Source: Ferruginibacter sp.
GTDB lineage: Bacteria > Bacteroidota > Bacteroidia > Chitinophagales > Chitinophagaceae
Length of the DNA: 64,000 bases
Assembly (NCBI GenBank): GCA_031424955.1
Contig: JANPIJ010000377.1
Coordinates: 20,306 to 84,305 of the forward strand
Reading direction: 5' to 3'
Shown: positions 22,501-30,581 of the stretch, one piece after another
How the letters are laid out: each line of letters begins with the position of its first letter
Position numbering within the stretch: the stretch's first letter is position 1
Made by a program: the position numbers and the translations under genes
The notes under the pieces: model-generated
What the model saw: the letters and a program-made list of their open reading frames with translations, nothing else
Told to the model about the DNA's origin: nothing
The model's database searches: none

Positions 22501-22644
22501 GTCGCCTTCGTAACTAAAAATGACTGTTTGTCCATCCGGTGTAAGACAGGGATGGGAGAGAAAATAAGCTTCTGCATTTTGTGCTGATAATGAAATTGAA
22601 GAGAGACAAAAACTGATTAATGTAAAAAAGGTGAATGATTTCAT
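19504..22644 (-). CDS. Tricorn-like S41 protease (beta-propellers, PDZ, S41 domain), exported
   Basis: Signal peptide; WD40/PD40-like SPDG repeats; ELNSSH, DLRYNTGG and EQSLSDAE catalytic motifs; DPQLDRAI C-terminus. Confidence 0.92.
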   Translation of the reverse strand: MKSFTFFTLISFCLSSISLSAQNAEAYFLSHPCLTPDGQTVIFSYEGDLWKTGINDGQAVRLTAMQGYETNARVSPDGNWIAFTGRQFGNADVFVMPVNGGEIKQITWHSAADEVSSWSWDSRFIYFTSSRYGRFAGLKVSAAGGTPQRVFGSNFFQYDHNLVVHPLTGEIFFNDTWESYNQVQRKRYKGAFNPDIQSYNPAGKKYRRYTDWEGKDFGATIDKKGNIYFISDEANSEYNLYSIVNEKKTALTTFSSSIKTPMVNANGDKVVFEKDYQLWIYDVATKKSGKLPVKIFRNSILTKEKDYEVKGNISAFDISPDAKKIAFVSRGELFVSDVEGKFTQLINRGSAERVKEVKWLSDNKTMLFNQTLNGYTNFYTITADGSTAMKQITTDKSSNRSLVLNKKRTKAVYLSGRGEVRLLDTKTWDSKVIAKEEIWAFRGGNPGFSPDGDYVVFTAFRNFEQDIFVHNIKENKTTNLTKTGITEANPLWSPDGKYIYLNSQRLKAAYPFGMDDAKLYRLPLEKLDEPFRMDKYNDLFKEEKKDTTKKKDSAKIIAAPIAIDTDRIMERLELVGPAFGAQELIAVYQKGEKSNVLFSSNHGEGRSALWKTVIEPFESNKTEKIAGTEVPGGLEIVEVNDKLFILSGGNIAKLNLEANKTDPIAISYTFRRNLSAEFDQMFDEAWAQVEENFYDEKFHGLDWGKTKAYYKQFLPYLNNRADLRVMLNDMLGELNSSHQGFNTTGGDETVALSNLTMETGIVFKEQEPYTVQKIVKRSAAEKKGIDIRPGDLLVKVNNEQVQGGIDRSYYFTRPSMDKELKMTFSRSGNQYDVKLHPQQSLSGNLYDEWIDDNQQLVNEKSNGRIAYGYMKNMGQGELEQFIIDMTQELGNKEALIFDLRYNTGGNVHDPVLNFLSQRSYLQWKYREGKLSPQPNFSPGDKPIVLLINEQSLSDAEMTANGFKALKLGKIIGNETYRYIIFTSGTTLVDNSLLRLPAWGCYTLDGKNLEFTGVQPDIKVINTFEDKLNGKDPQLDRAIEEILKQLK

Positions 22645-22796
22645 TTAAAAATATTTTAATGATGAAATTTACTAACTCCTTTTGATTAACCATTTTTTTA
22701 TTTTTACAGATCAGGGATTCGTTTTTAAAAACCGGGGGCATTACAAAAAGGGACTTCTGAAATTTCATAACAAAATAAACACGACTACCTGCAATT

Positions 22797-22821
22797 AAAA
22801 AAGCCCGGCAAGCCGGGCTTT
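22797..22821 (-). terminator. Intrinsic terminator of leuS
   Basis: AAAGCCCGGC-AA-GCCGGGCTTT hairpin with an A-run, 16 bp past the leuS stop. Confidence 0.8.
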
Positions 22822-22837
22822 CAAAAATGTTGATCCA

Positions 22838-25800
22838 TTATATTACCACGTTCACCATTTTATTTTTTACATAGATGATCCGCTTGGGATCTTTGCCATC
22901 CAGCCACTTTTGTACTGTTTCATTTTGCAATACAATTCCTTCTACCTCTGCCTGCTCCAGGTTTAATGCGAGGTTGATATTGGCACGCACTTTACCATTG
23001 ATGGAGATGGGGTATTCTTTAAAAGATTCCACCAAATACTTGCCATCAAAGGTTGGATATATTGCATCCAGGATATTCCCTTCATTTTGCAACTGGCCCC
23101 ATAATTCCTCCGCAATATGCGGGGCATAGGGGGTAAGTAAAACCAGCAGCTTTTCCAGCACTTCCTTTTTATGGCATTTCATATCTGCCAGTTCATTTAC
23201 ACATTTCATGAACGTGCTTACTGCGGTATTAAAACTAAACCGCTCGGTGTCTTCTTCAATCTTTTTGATGGTTTTATGCAGTACTTTCAACTCGGCATCC
23301 GTAGCCCTTTCATGGTTCCAAACCTTGCCCTTGATATCATCAAAAAACAGGCGCCATAGTTTGCGTAAAAAACGGTGAACGCCTTCAATACCCTTAGTAT
23401 CCCAGGGTTTACTTTGCTCTACCGGGCCAAGGAACATTTCGTACATGCGGAAGGTGTCGGCGCCGAATTTGTCAACCATATCATCCGGACTATCTACGTT
23501 AAATTTTGACTTAGACATCTTCTCCGATTCTTCCTTAAGCATTATAAACTTCTCCTGTCCATCATTTTGCCACTCTATATCATATTGGACTTCTGCATTG
23601 CTTTTCTCAAATTGCTTAAATGTTAATTTGCCATTTGCATCAACAAATTGATGCCCATATTTAAAGCGTAAAAAGTTATTGGCAGATGTTTCTTTAATGT
23701 AAGATGTAATCTTTTGCGATGCAGCCCCGATATTGATATTGTCATCCAATTCAACATTAAAAAAATATGACTTCCCAGTTATCATCCCCTGGTTCACCAA
23801 CTTCTTAAACGGCTCGTCAAATCCAATATATCCCAGGTCAAATAATATTTTCGTCCATAAGCGGCTGTACAATAAATGGCCTACTGCGTGTTCTGTGCCT
23901 CCTATGTAAATGTCTACCCGGTTCCAGTAATCGCTGGCTTTGCGGTCGCAAAATATTTGGGGGTTTTGTGGATCCATGTAGCGTAGGAAATACCAGCTGG
24001 AGCCTGCGTAACCGGGCATGGTGCTGGTTTCACGTTTGACCTCACCCCCAGCCCCTCTCCAAAGGAGAGGGGAGCCTGACCCTGATGACGCCTGGCTCTT
24101 TTCCTGGTTTAGATTGTTGGCGTCTTTTATATTTGATTCGCTTTTTGTTTCTTCGGATGCTCCTTTTGTTTCTTCGGCTACTTCTTGCTTTAGTCTTTGA
24201 GAGATTTTATTTAATACATCTTTCAAATTAGCTTTTACTTCCTGGTTGGTAAAACGGATCATTTCAAAACCATTTTCCGCTAACCAGTTTTGTCTTGCTT
24301 CATCCAGCTTTTTTTGTTCTGCTTCATCATGATATTCACCATCAATTTCAATGATTAATTTTTTATCCAGGCAAACAAAATCAGGAATATAACCAGCAAC
24401 CGGATGTTGCCTTCTGAATTTGAAACCATCCATTTTCCGATCCCTGACTTCCTGCCAGATGATGGCTTCTGCTTCAGTAAAATTTTTACGGTTTTCCTTC
24501 GCAAAAGACAAAGTGTTTTTCCATTCTTCCAAGGAACTGTTGAAATAGCCAGGCTCATCTTTTTTTGAAGATTTAACTGTTACATCTGAAGCAGACTCTT
24601 CACTTCCGTAGAGTCCAGTCCCCCTCTCCTTTGGAGAGAGCCTGTCCCGATGCATCGGGAGGTTAGGGGTGAGGTCCAAATTCACCCAATCCCCTATATT
24701 CGCCAGCGGCCCTTCTCCATTTGGTCCGGGGCCATATTTATCTACATGGGGTAATTCAAGCGGCAATTCATCCGCATCCAATGGTATCGCAATACCATCA
24801 CTCCAGATGATGGGAAATGGTTCGCCCCAATACCGCTGGCGGCTAAAGCCTGCGTCCCGCATCCTGTAGTTTACCTTGCGTTTTCCAATACCCAGTTCTT
24901 CGATCTTATTAACTGCTACACCAATGGCATCCTTCATCAGCAGGCCATCTAAAAAACCGGAGTTCTGCAGGGTGGCTTCCTTGGTTGCATTGGCTTCTTC
25001 CCCGTTATAATAATCGCCGATAATATTGGTGATGGGGATATTGAAATGTTTGGCAAATGCAAAATCCCGCTGATCGCCACATGGTACCGCCATGATGGCT
25101 CCTGTGCCATAACCTGCTAATACGTACTCCGCAATCCAGATAGGTATTTCTTTACCATCGAAGGGATTGATGGCATAGGCCCCGGTAAAGCAACCGGTTA
25201 TTTGTTTTACTTCGGATAACCGTTCCCGCTCGCTGCGGCTTTTTACATAGGTCAGGTATTTTTCTATATCCTCCTTTTGATCATCAGCAGTGATGAGGCT
25301 TACCAGCTCATGTTCCGGTGCCACTACCATGAAGTCTACCCCAAAAATGGTATCGGGCCTGGTGGTGTAAACTCTCAGCGGTGTACCGTGTCCTTTAATT
25401 GCAAAATCCATTTCCGCACCCTGGCTTTTGCCAATCCAGTTCTTCTGCATCTCTTTCATGGCATCACTGAATTCAATTCGTTCCAGTCCTTCCAGTAAAC
25501 GGTCGGCATATTCTGTAATGCGCAGGTACCATTGCCTCATTTTCTTTTTCTCCACCGGGTGGCCGCCACGTTCGCTTACCCCGTTTACTACCTCGTCATT
25601 GGCCAGTACGGTGCCCAATGCTTCGCACCAGTTTACTTCGCCATAGGAGCTGAATGTGAGGCGATAATCCATCAATATATCCTGCCTGCTTTTTTCATCA
25701 AAGGCATTCCATTCTTCCGCCGAAAATTTGATTTCTTTATCACCGGGGCTGGCATGATTAATATTGCCTTCTGCTTCAAATATTTTTATTAATTCGTCAA

Positions 25801-26269
25801 TGCGAGCTGCTTTATTGGCAATACGATTGTACCAGCTATCAAATATTTGCAGGAATATCCATTGCGTCCATTTGTAATAACCGGGATCGCTTGTTCTTAC
25901 TTCCCTGTCCCAATCATAGCTAAATCCTATTTTATCCAACTGGCTGCGGAATGTGGCAATGTTCTTTTCGGTGGTTACGGCCGGGTGCTGTCCTGTTTCT
26001 AATGCATACTGTTCTGCAGGCAACCCGAAGCTGTCATATCCCATCGGGTGTAATACATTGTACCCCTTCAATCTTTTATAACGACTGTAAATATCACTGG
26101 CGATATAACCCAGCGGATGCCCTACATGTAAACCTGCCCCACTCGGATAGGGAAACATATCAAGGACATAATACTTGGGCTTTGCTGATTCGTTCGGCAC
26201 TTTATATACCCCGTTTTCTTTCCACTTTGCCTGCCAGTCCTTTTCTATTTTTCTAAAATCGTATTCCAT
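22838..26269 (-). CDS. leuS: Leucine--tRNA ligase with a 213-aa in-frame insertion
   Basis: MFPYPSGAGLHVGH (HIGH), CP1 editing motifs YTTRPDT and GTGAIMAVP, SRQRYWGEP, GGTEHAVGHLLY, KMSKS. 1143 aa; 930 aa without the insertion. Confidence 0.97.
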   Translation of the reverse strand: MEYDFRKIEKDWQAKWKENGVYKVPNESAKPKYYVLDMFPYPSGAGLHVGHPLGYIASDIYSRYKRLKGYNVLHPMGYDSFGLPAEQYALETGQHPAVTTEKNIATFRSQLDKIGFSYDWDREVRTSDPGYYKWTQWIFLQIFDSWYNRIANKAARIDELIKIFEAEGNINHASPGDKEIKFSAEEWNAFDEKSRQDILMDYRLTFSSYGEVNWCEALGTVLANDEVVNGVSERGGHPVEKKKMRQWYLRITEYADRLLEGLERIEFSDAMKEMQKNWIGKSQGAEMDFAIKGHGTPLRVYTTRPDTIFGVDFMVVAPEHELVSLITADDQKEDIEKYLTYVKSRSERERLSEVKQITGCFTGAYAINPFDGKEIPIWIAEYVLAGYGTGAIMAVPCGDQRDFAFAKHFNIPITNIIGDYYNGEEANATKEATLQNSGFLDGLLMKDAIGVAVNKIEELGIGKRKVNYRMRDAGFSRQRYWGEPFPIIWSDGIAIPLDADELPLELPHVDKYGPGPNGEGPLANIGDWVNLDLTPNLPMHRDRLSPKERGTGLYGSEESASDVTVKSSKKDEPGYFNSSLEEWKNTLSFAKENRKNFTEAEAIIWQEVRDRKMDGFKFRRQHPVAGYIPDFVCLDKKLIIEIDGEYHDEAEQKKLDEARQNWLAENGFEMIRFTNQEVKANLKDVLNKISQRLKQEVAEETKGASEETKSESNIKDANNLNQEKSQASSGSGSPLLWRGAGGEVKRETSTMPGYAGSSWYFLRYMDPQNPQIFCDRKASDYWNRVDIYIGGTEHAVGHLLYSRLWTKILFDLGYIGFDEPFKKLVNQGMITGKSYFFNVELDDNINIGAASQKITSYIKETSANNFLRFKYGHQFVDANGKLTFKQFEKSNAEVQYDIEWQNDGQEKFIMLKEESEKMSKSKFNVDSPDDMVDKFGADTFRMYEMFLGPVEQSKPWDTKGIEGVHRFLRKLWRLFFDDIKGKVWNHERATDAELKVLHKTIKKIEEDTERFSFNTAVSTFMKCVNELADMKCHKKEVLEKLLVLLTPYAPHIAEELWGQLQNEGNILDAIYPTFDGKYLVESFKEYPISINGKVRANINLALNLEQAEVEGIVLQNETVQKWLDGKDPKRIIYVKNKMVNVVI
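24038..24074. repeat. Left terminal inverted repeat with internal hairpin
   Basis: GACCTCACCCCCAGCCCCTCTCCAAAGGAGAGGGGAG; internal stem CCCCTCTCC-AAA-GGAGAGGGG. Confidence 0.88.
24621..24676. repeat. Right terminal inverted repeat, interrupted by a 21-bp palindromic insert
   Basis: CCCCTCTCCTTTGGAGAG[AGCCTGTCCCGATGCATCGGG]AGGTTAGGGGTGAGGTC; without the bracketed part it matches the reverse complement of the left repeat at 32 of 35 positions. Confidence 0.85.
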
Positions 26270-26511
26270 TGATATTTGACTATTTATTATTTATTACAAT
26301 TGATAATCATTCTTTACATAACCGCCATTTTATAGTTGTATCGGGCGAAACGGATTTGCCCTTCTATTTTTTCCACCCATCCCGGCAGACTTTATCATTT
26401 ATTGCTTAAACAATATTTCAGACTGTGAAAGAAAAGTTATTTTACTCTTTACACCCTATCGAAGTATCATTCAATAAAAATATATTTGGCAGGTAATCGT
26501 TTTGTAGTGGA

Positions 26512-26549
26512 CAAAAATACAGTAAAGCAGGTAAAATCCTTTACTTTTG
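26512..26549. promoter_or_regulatory. Back-to-back Bacteroidota -7 elements (TAnnTTTG) for leuS and ftsX
   Basis: TATTTTTG on the minus strand at 26512-26519 and TACTTTTG on the plus strand at 26542-26549, in the divergent intergenic region. Confidence 0.6.
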
Positions 26550-26653
26550 CCACTATCGGTTTATTGAAATTTTAAAATAAACATAAACCAGGAATCAACC
26601 ATTCAGTGCCTGTCTGTAAGTTATTCAGCCGGGGATAAAAAAATTATTAGCCC

Positions 26654-27532
26654 ATGTCTCAAGCCGGAAAATCCTCCTCTAAACGCAGTAAACCATCTTA
26701 TGTATATGCAATCATTGGCGTTGCACTGGTTTTATTTCTTTTTGGAATTGTAGGATGGTTGTTTTTAAATCTTAAAAAGTCAGGTGAAATGTTCAGGGAA
26801 AATATCCAGGTGCATGCCTGGATTACGCCTTCTGCTGCAAAAAAACAGGTAGACTCCCTGCAAAAATATATTGCTTCACGCCCTTATGTGAAAACAGCGG
26901 AATATGTAACCAAGGAAAAAGCGATACAAAAATGGAATGCAGAAAATGACAGTTCCTGGAAAAACTTTATTACCAATAACCCTTTACCGGAAAGCATAGA
27001 TTTTTATGTAAAGGCTGATTATATGGATAAAGACAGTCTGAGCATTTTAAGCAGTTACCTCGACTCCAATTTTGTAGGTGTAATGTCCGAATTTCAATAT
27101 CCAAGAGAAACAGTGGGCTATGTGAGTTCTTACACCAAATACATCGCTGCTGGCATCCTGGTATTTGCCATCATTCTTTCCATTATCGTTATCATATCCA
27201 TCGACAATACCATTAGGCTGGCTATGTACAGCAACCGGTTTTTAATAAAAACAATGCAAATGGTGGGTGCCACCAGGGGATTTATTGCAAAACCGCTCAA
27301 CATAAGGGCAATTATTAATGGATTAATTGCAGCAGTGATTGCTATTGTTGCTGTATTTGGATTTATTTTATTGGTAGAAAACTTTATCCCATGGCTCCGG
27401 CTATTAAGAGACGCCAGCAATATGGCATTGATCATTACCGGTATATTGGTATTGGGTATCACCATTTCATTAATTAGTACGCACCGTTCGGTATTAAAAT
27501 ATTTACAGATGAAACTGGATGACCTTTATTAA
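26654..27532 (+). CDS. ftsX: Cell division permease FtsX
   Basis: N-terminal TM, NPLP motif, NTIRLAMYSNRFLIKTMQMVGAT, C-terminal LDDLY. Confidence 0.92.
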   Translation: MSQAGKSSSKRSKPSYVYAIIGVALVLFLFGIVGWLFLNLKKSGEMFRENIQVHAWITPSAAKKQVDSLQKYIASRPYVKTAEYVTKEKAIQKWNAENDSSWKNFITNNPLPESIDFYVKADYMDKDSLSILSSYLDSNFVGVMSEFQYPRETVGYVSSYTKYIAAGILVFAIILSIIVIISIDNTIRLAMYSNRFLIKTMQMVGATRGFIAKPLNIRAIINGLIAAVIAIVAVFGFILLVENFIPWLRLLRDASNMALIITGILVLGITISLISTHRSVLKYLQMKLDDLY

Positions 27533-27659
27533 TGGATAATTGATAATTTTTTAATTGATGATGTTTGAAGGTGGGATAAGCAGGGAACTTAATAAAGTAT
27601 AATAATATTGATCCCTGTTAGAAAATTAATACTTTTATTTGCACTTTAAAATAATTTAC

Positions 27660-27911
27660 ATGAGTATAGATAAAAAAAAGCCTGTTACCAAGGGGTTATT
27701 TGGCAAGGAAAATTATATGATGATGCTGGGAGGTTTGATTTTATTAGCTATTGGGTTCTTTTTAATGGCTGGTGGAAAAAGTACTGATCCCAATGTTTTT
27801 AATGACAACGACGTATATAGCACCACCAGGATAACTATTGCACCGTTTTTAATTATTGTTGGTTTTGTAATTGAAATTTTTGCAATTATGAAAAAGCCGA
27901 AGGAAGCGTAG
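27660..27911 (+). CDS. DUF3098-family small membrane protein
   Basis: FGKENY..GFFLMAGG..DPNVFN..R.TIAP; usual position between ftsX and uppP; ATG at 27660 preferred over the upstream TTG. Confidence 0.85.
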   Translation: MSIDKKKPVTKGLFGKENYMMMLGGLILLAIGFFLMAGGKSTDPNVFNDNDVYSTTRITIAPFLIIVGFVIEIFAIMKKPKEA

Positions 27912-28101
27912 TTAAGGGGGGAAGAAGTGAAAGGTATATAAAGTATATAAGGTTTTTAAAGGAAGGTAAGTTATTTCCTGTTCTAAAATAAGTGATTGTT
28001 AATGCGGTGTTTTTAATATCGCATTTTTTATTTGAGTTTATAACCAATTTCTTATTTACCAAAAAAGCATAAGCTTCATTTTATCAACCTATCTACCTTC
28101 T

Positions 28102-28164
28102 TACTTTAAATACCTTATCTACCCTGTTTACCTTATTTACCTTATTTACTCCATTTACCTTTTA
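28102..28164. repeat. Degenerate 9-bp tandem array (TACCTTATT-like, 7 units)
   Basis: TACTTTAAA TACCTTATC TACCCTGTT TACCTTATT TACCTTATT TACTCCATT TACCTTTTA. Confidence 0.75.
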
Positions 28165-28186
28165 CGTTACAAACTTTACCAGCACA

Positions 28187-28987
28187 ATGACTACCGTTCA
28201 ATCCATCGTTATTGCTATCATCGAGGGTCTTACAGAATTTTTGCCAATTTCATCTACTGCTCACATGAAGTTTGCACATCCTTTACTAGGTGTGGCGCCT
28301 TCTCCTTTTGTTGATATGTTTGAAGTGGTGATACAACTGGCGGCCATCATGGCGGTAGTAGTACTCTATTGGAAAAAGTTTTTTGATTTCAAAAAATTCA
28401 GTTTTTATATTAAATTAATCATTGCGGTAATACCTGCGCTGGTGTTTGGCTTCCTGTTAAAAAAACATATTGATGCTGCATTGGGCAACCTTTCCTTTAT
28501 TGCCTGGGTAATGGTTGGCGGCGGTGTTATTCTTTTATTTATCGACAAGGTTTTTAAAAATCCCGTAGTTGATTCCGAAGAAAAGATAACCAACAAAACT
28601 GCATTTATCATTGGTTGCGGACAGGTATTGTCAATTGTTTTTCCGGGGCTAAGCAGGAGTGCTGCTACCATCATTACCGGTATGAGTCAAAAACTAACCC
28701 GTAATGCTGCGGCCGAATTTTCCTTTTTTTTAGCAGTTCCCACTATGATGGCTGCATCAGCAAAAAGCTTTTTAGATACTTACCTGGATCATCCTGAAGT
28801 ACTGGAAAGGTCAAATCTAATAACGCTGTTGCTGGGCAGCGCTGTTGCATTTATTGTGTCTGTACTTGCTATTAAATTTTTCATTGATTTTTTAAAAAAA
28901 TATGGCTTCCGCATCTGGGGTATTTACCGCATTATTGCAGGAGTTATCATGCTCATACTTATCTGGAAGGGAATAGTCATTCAGTAA
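28187..28987 (+). CDS. uppP: Undecaprenyl-diphosphate phosphatase
   Basis: EGLTEFLPISSTAH, PGLSRSAATI and AAEFSFFLAVP motifs. Confidence 0.96.
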   Translation: MTTVQSIVIAIIEGLTEFLPISSTAHMKFAHPLLGVAPSPFVDMFEVVIQLAAIMAVVVLYWKKFFDFKKFSFYIKLIIAVIPALVFGFLLKKHIDAALGNLSFIAWVMVGGGVILLFIDKVFKNPVVDSEEKITNKTAFIIGCGQVLSIVFPGLSRSAATIITGMSQKLTRNAAAEFSFFLAVPTMMAASAKSFLDTYLDHPEVLERSNLITLLLGSAVAFIVSVLAIKFFIDFLKKYGFRIWGIYRIIAGVIMLILIWKGIVIQ

Positions 28988-29288
28988 TAATAGCCTTGAG
29001 CTGCGTTACATACTGTATAAATCTGCAACATGGAAAGCTGGTTTTATTTATCCGCTTTACCTATGAAAACCAGATTGGGTTACTGGCATAATTGAAGTGC
29101 AATTTAAACCAACCGGCGAAGGTTAAAACATTGCTGACTCCGGGAGCTGGTCCCACTTCCTGCAATCTTTTCATCATCATGAAACCCAATTGCCCTGTTG
29201 TAATAAATTGAATTACTTTTAATACAAAATATAAACTTTTTCACCCGCCCTAATAAATAAATTTACCCAAAATAAATCATGCTTCCAT

Positions 29289-30578
29289 ATGCAGACTGCT
29301 TCTAAAAAAGTAATTAACGGATGGGCGATGTACGACTGGGCCAATTCGGTTTACAACCTGGTTATCACCACAACCTTTTTTCCTGCATATTATGCAAGTA
29401 TCACAAGTATTGAAAAATTTCCGGATGGCATTGTTTTTTTAGGAAGGCACTTTGTAAACACGGAGTTGAAAGATTATGTACTCGCCTTTGGATTTCTCGT
29501 GATCGCCCTTTTGTCCCCTATCCTTTCCTCTATTGCAGATTACAAAGGCAATAAGAAAAACTTTATGCGTTTCTTTTGTTACCTGGGTGCGGTGAGTTGC
29601 TGTAGCATGTATTTTTTTGATAAAGATCACATAACACTGGGGTTGATAAGTTTTATGTTTGCCGGTATAGGCTTTTACGGCAGCCAGGTTTTCTATAATT
29701 CTTATTTACCGGAAATTGCCGCCGAAGCAGACCGCGACAGGATTAGCGCCAAAGGGTACAGTTTGGGTTACCTGGGAAGTGTGCTCATGCAGATGATTGG
29801 GTTTGGATTGGTAATTGCAATGCCTGACAATCCTTTGCCCCTAAAACTCACTTTTTTACTGGTAGGTATCTGGTGGGTATGTTTTGCTCAAATTACCTTT
29901 AAGGCACTGCCCATCAGTCCAAAAAGTGAAAGAAAAGCGAAAAAGCATGTATTGATAAATGGCTTTCACGAATTAAAAATCGTATGGGACCAGGTTACCC
30001 ATATGCCGGTACTGAAACGCTTTTTAACCGCGTTCTTTTTTTATAGCATGGGCGTACAAACCGTAATGTTGGTAGCCATTGATTTTGGAATTAAAGAGCT
30101 GAAACTGCCCGATCAAAAATTAATTATTACAGCAGTCATCATACAATTAGTAGCCATTGCAGGTGCAATCAGCATGTCGAAACTATCGGCAAAATTTGGA
30201 AATATCAAGGTGTTGCTTTTCACTGTTTTGTTATGGATTGGTGTATGTATCGCCGGCTATTTCATTACTACAGAAACCCATTTTTATATCATTGCCTCCC
30301 TTGTAGGCCTGGTGATGGGTGGTATACAATCCCTCAGCCGGTCTACCTATAGTAAGTTGATGCCTGAAACAAAAGACACGGCATCCTTCTTTAGCTTTTA
30401 TGATGTTACGGAAAAACTGGCGATTGTAATAGGACTTTTTACTTTTGGATTTATTGAAGGTATCAGCAGCATACGCAATTCAATTTTATCACTCGTCATA
30501 TTCTTTGTGATAGGATTCTTTTTACTACTTTTAACTGCGGCCAAACAAAGACAATTACGACAACAAACGAACAATTAA
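29289..30578 (+). CDS. MFS transporter (UMF1/Atg22-like)
   Basis: WAMYDWANS, FYNSYLPEIA and GGIQSLSRS motifs; about 12 TM segments. Confidence 0.9.
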   Translation: MQTASKKVINGWAMYDWANSVYNLVITTTFFPAYYASITSIEKFPDGIVFLGRHFVNTELKDYVLAFGFLVIALLSPILSSIADYKGNKKNFMRFFCYLGAVSCCSMYFFDKDHITLGLISFMFAGIGFYGSQVFYNSYLPEIAAEADRDRISAKGYSLGYLGSVLMQMIGFGLVIAMPDNPLPLKLTFLLVGIWWVCFAQITFKALPISPKSERKAKKHVLINGFHELKIVWDQVTHMPVLKRFLTAFFFYSMGVQTVMLVAIDFGIKELKLPDQKLIITAVIIQLVAIAGAISMSKLSAKFGNIKVLLFTVLLWIGVCIAGYFITTETHFYIIASLVGLVMGGIQSLSRSTYSKLMPETKDTASFFSFYDVTEKLAIVIGLFTFGFIEGISSIRNSILSLVIFFVIGFFLLLLTAAKQRQLRQQTNN

Positions 30579-30581
30579 TCC

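Larger units (their letters stand above)
24038..24676 (-). mobile_element. Putative mobile element: DUF559/Vsr-like endonuclease domain between palindromic terminal inverted repeats, inserted in frame in leuS
   Basis: Encodes TEAEAIIWQEVR..GFKFRRQHPVAGYIPDFVC..LIIEIDGEYH..D..R..WL..GF..IRFTN.EV; its ends are inverted copies of one another; 639 bp, aligned to codon boundaries; AT-richer than flanking leuS. Confidence 0.8.

Noticed and set aside
24038-24676. Intein or group I/II intron explanation for the leuS insertion
   Set aside because: No C/S start, no HN-C/S/T end and no Hint blocks; too short and entirely coding, with no recognisable ribozyme core.
28102-28164. CRISPR array
   Set aside because: 9-bp contiguous degenerate units with no spacers; no cas genes in the window.
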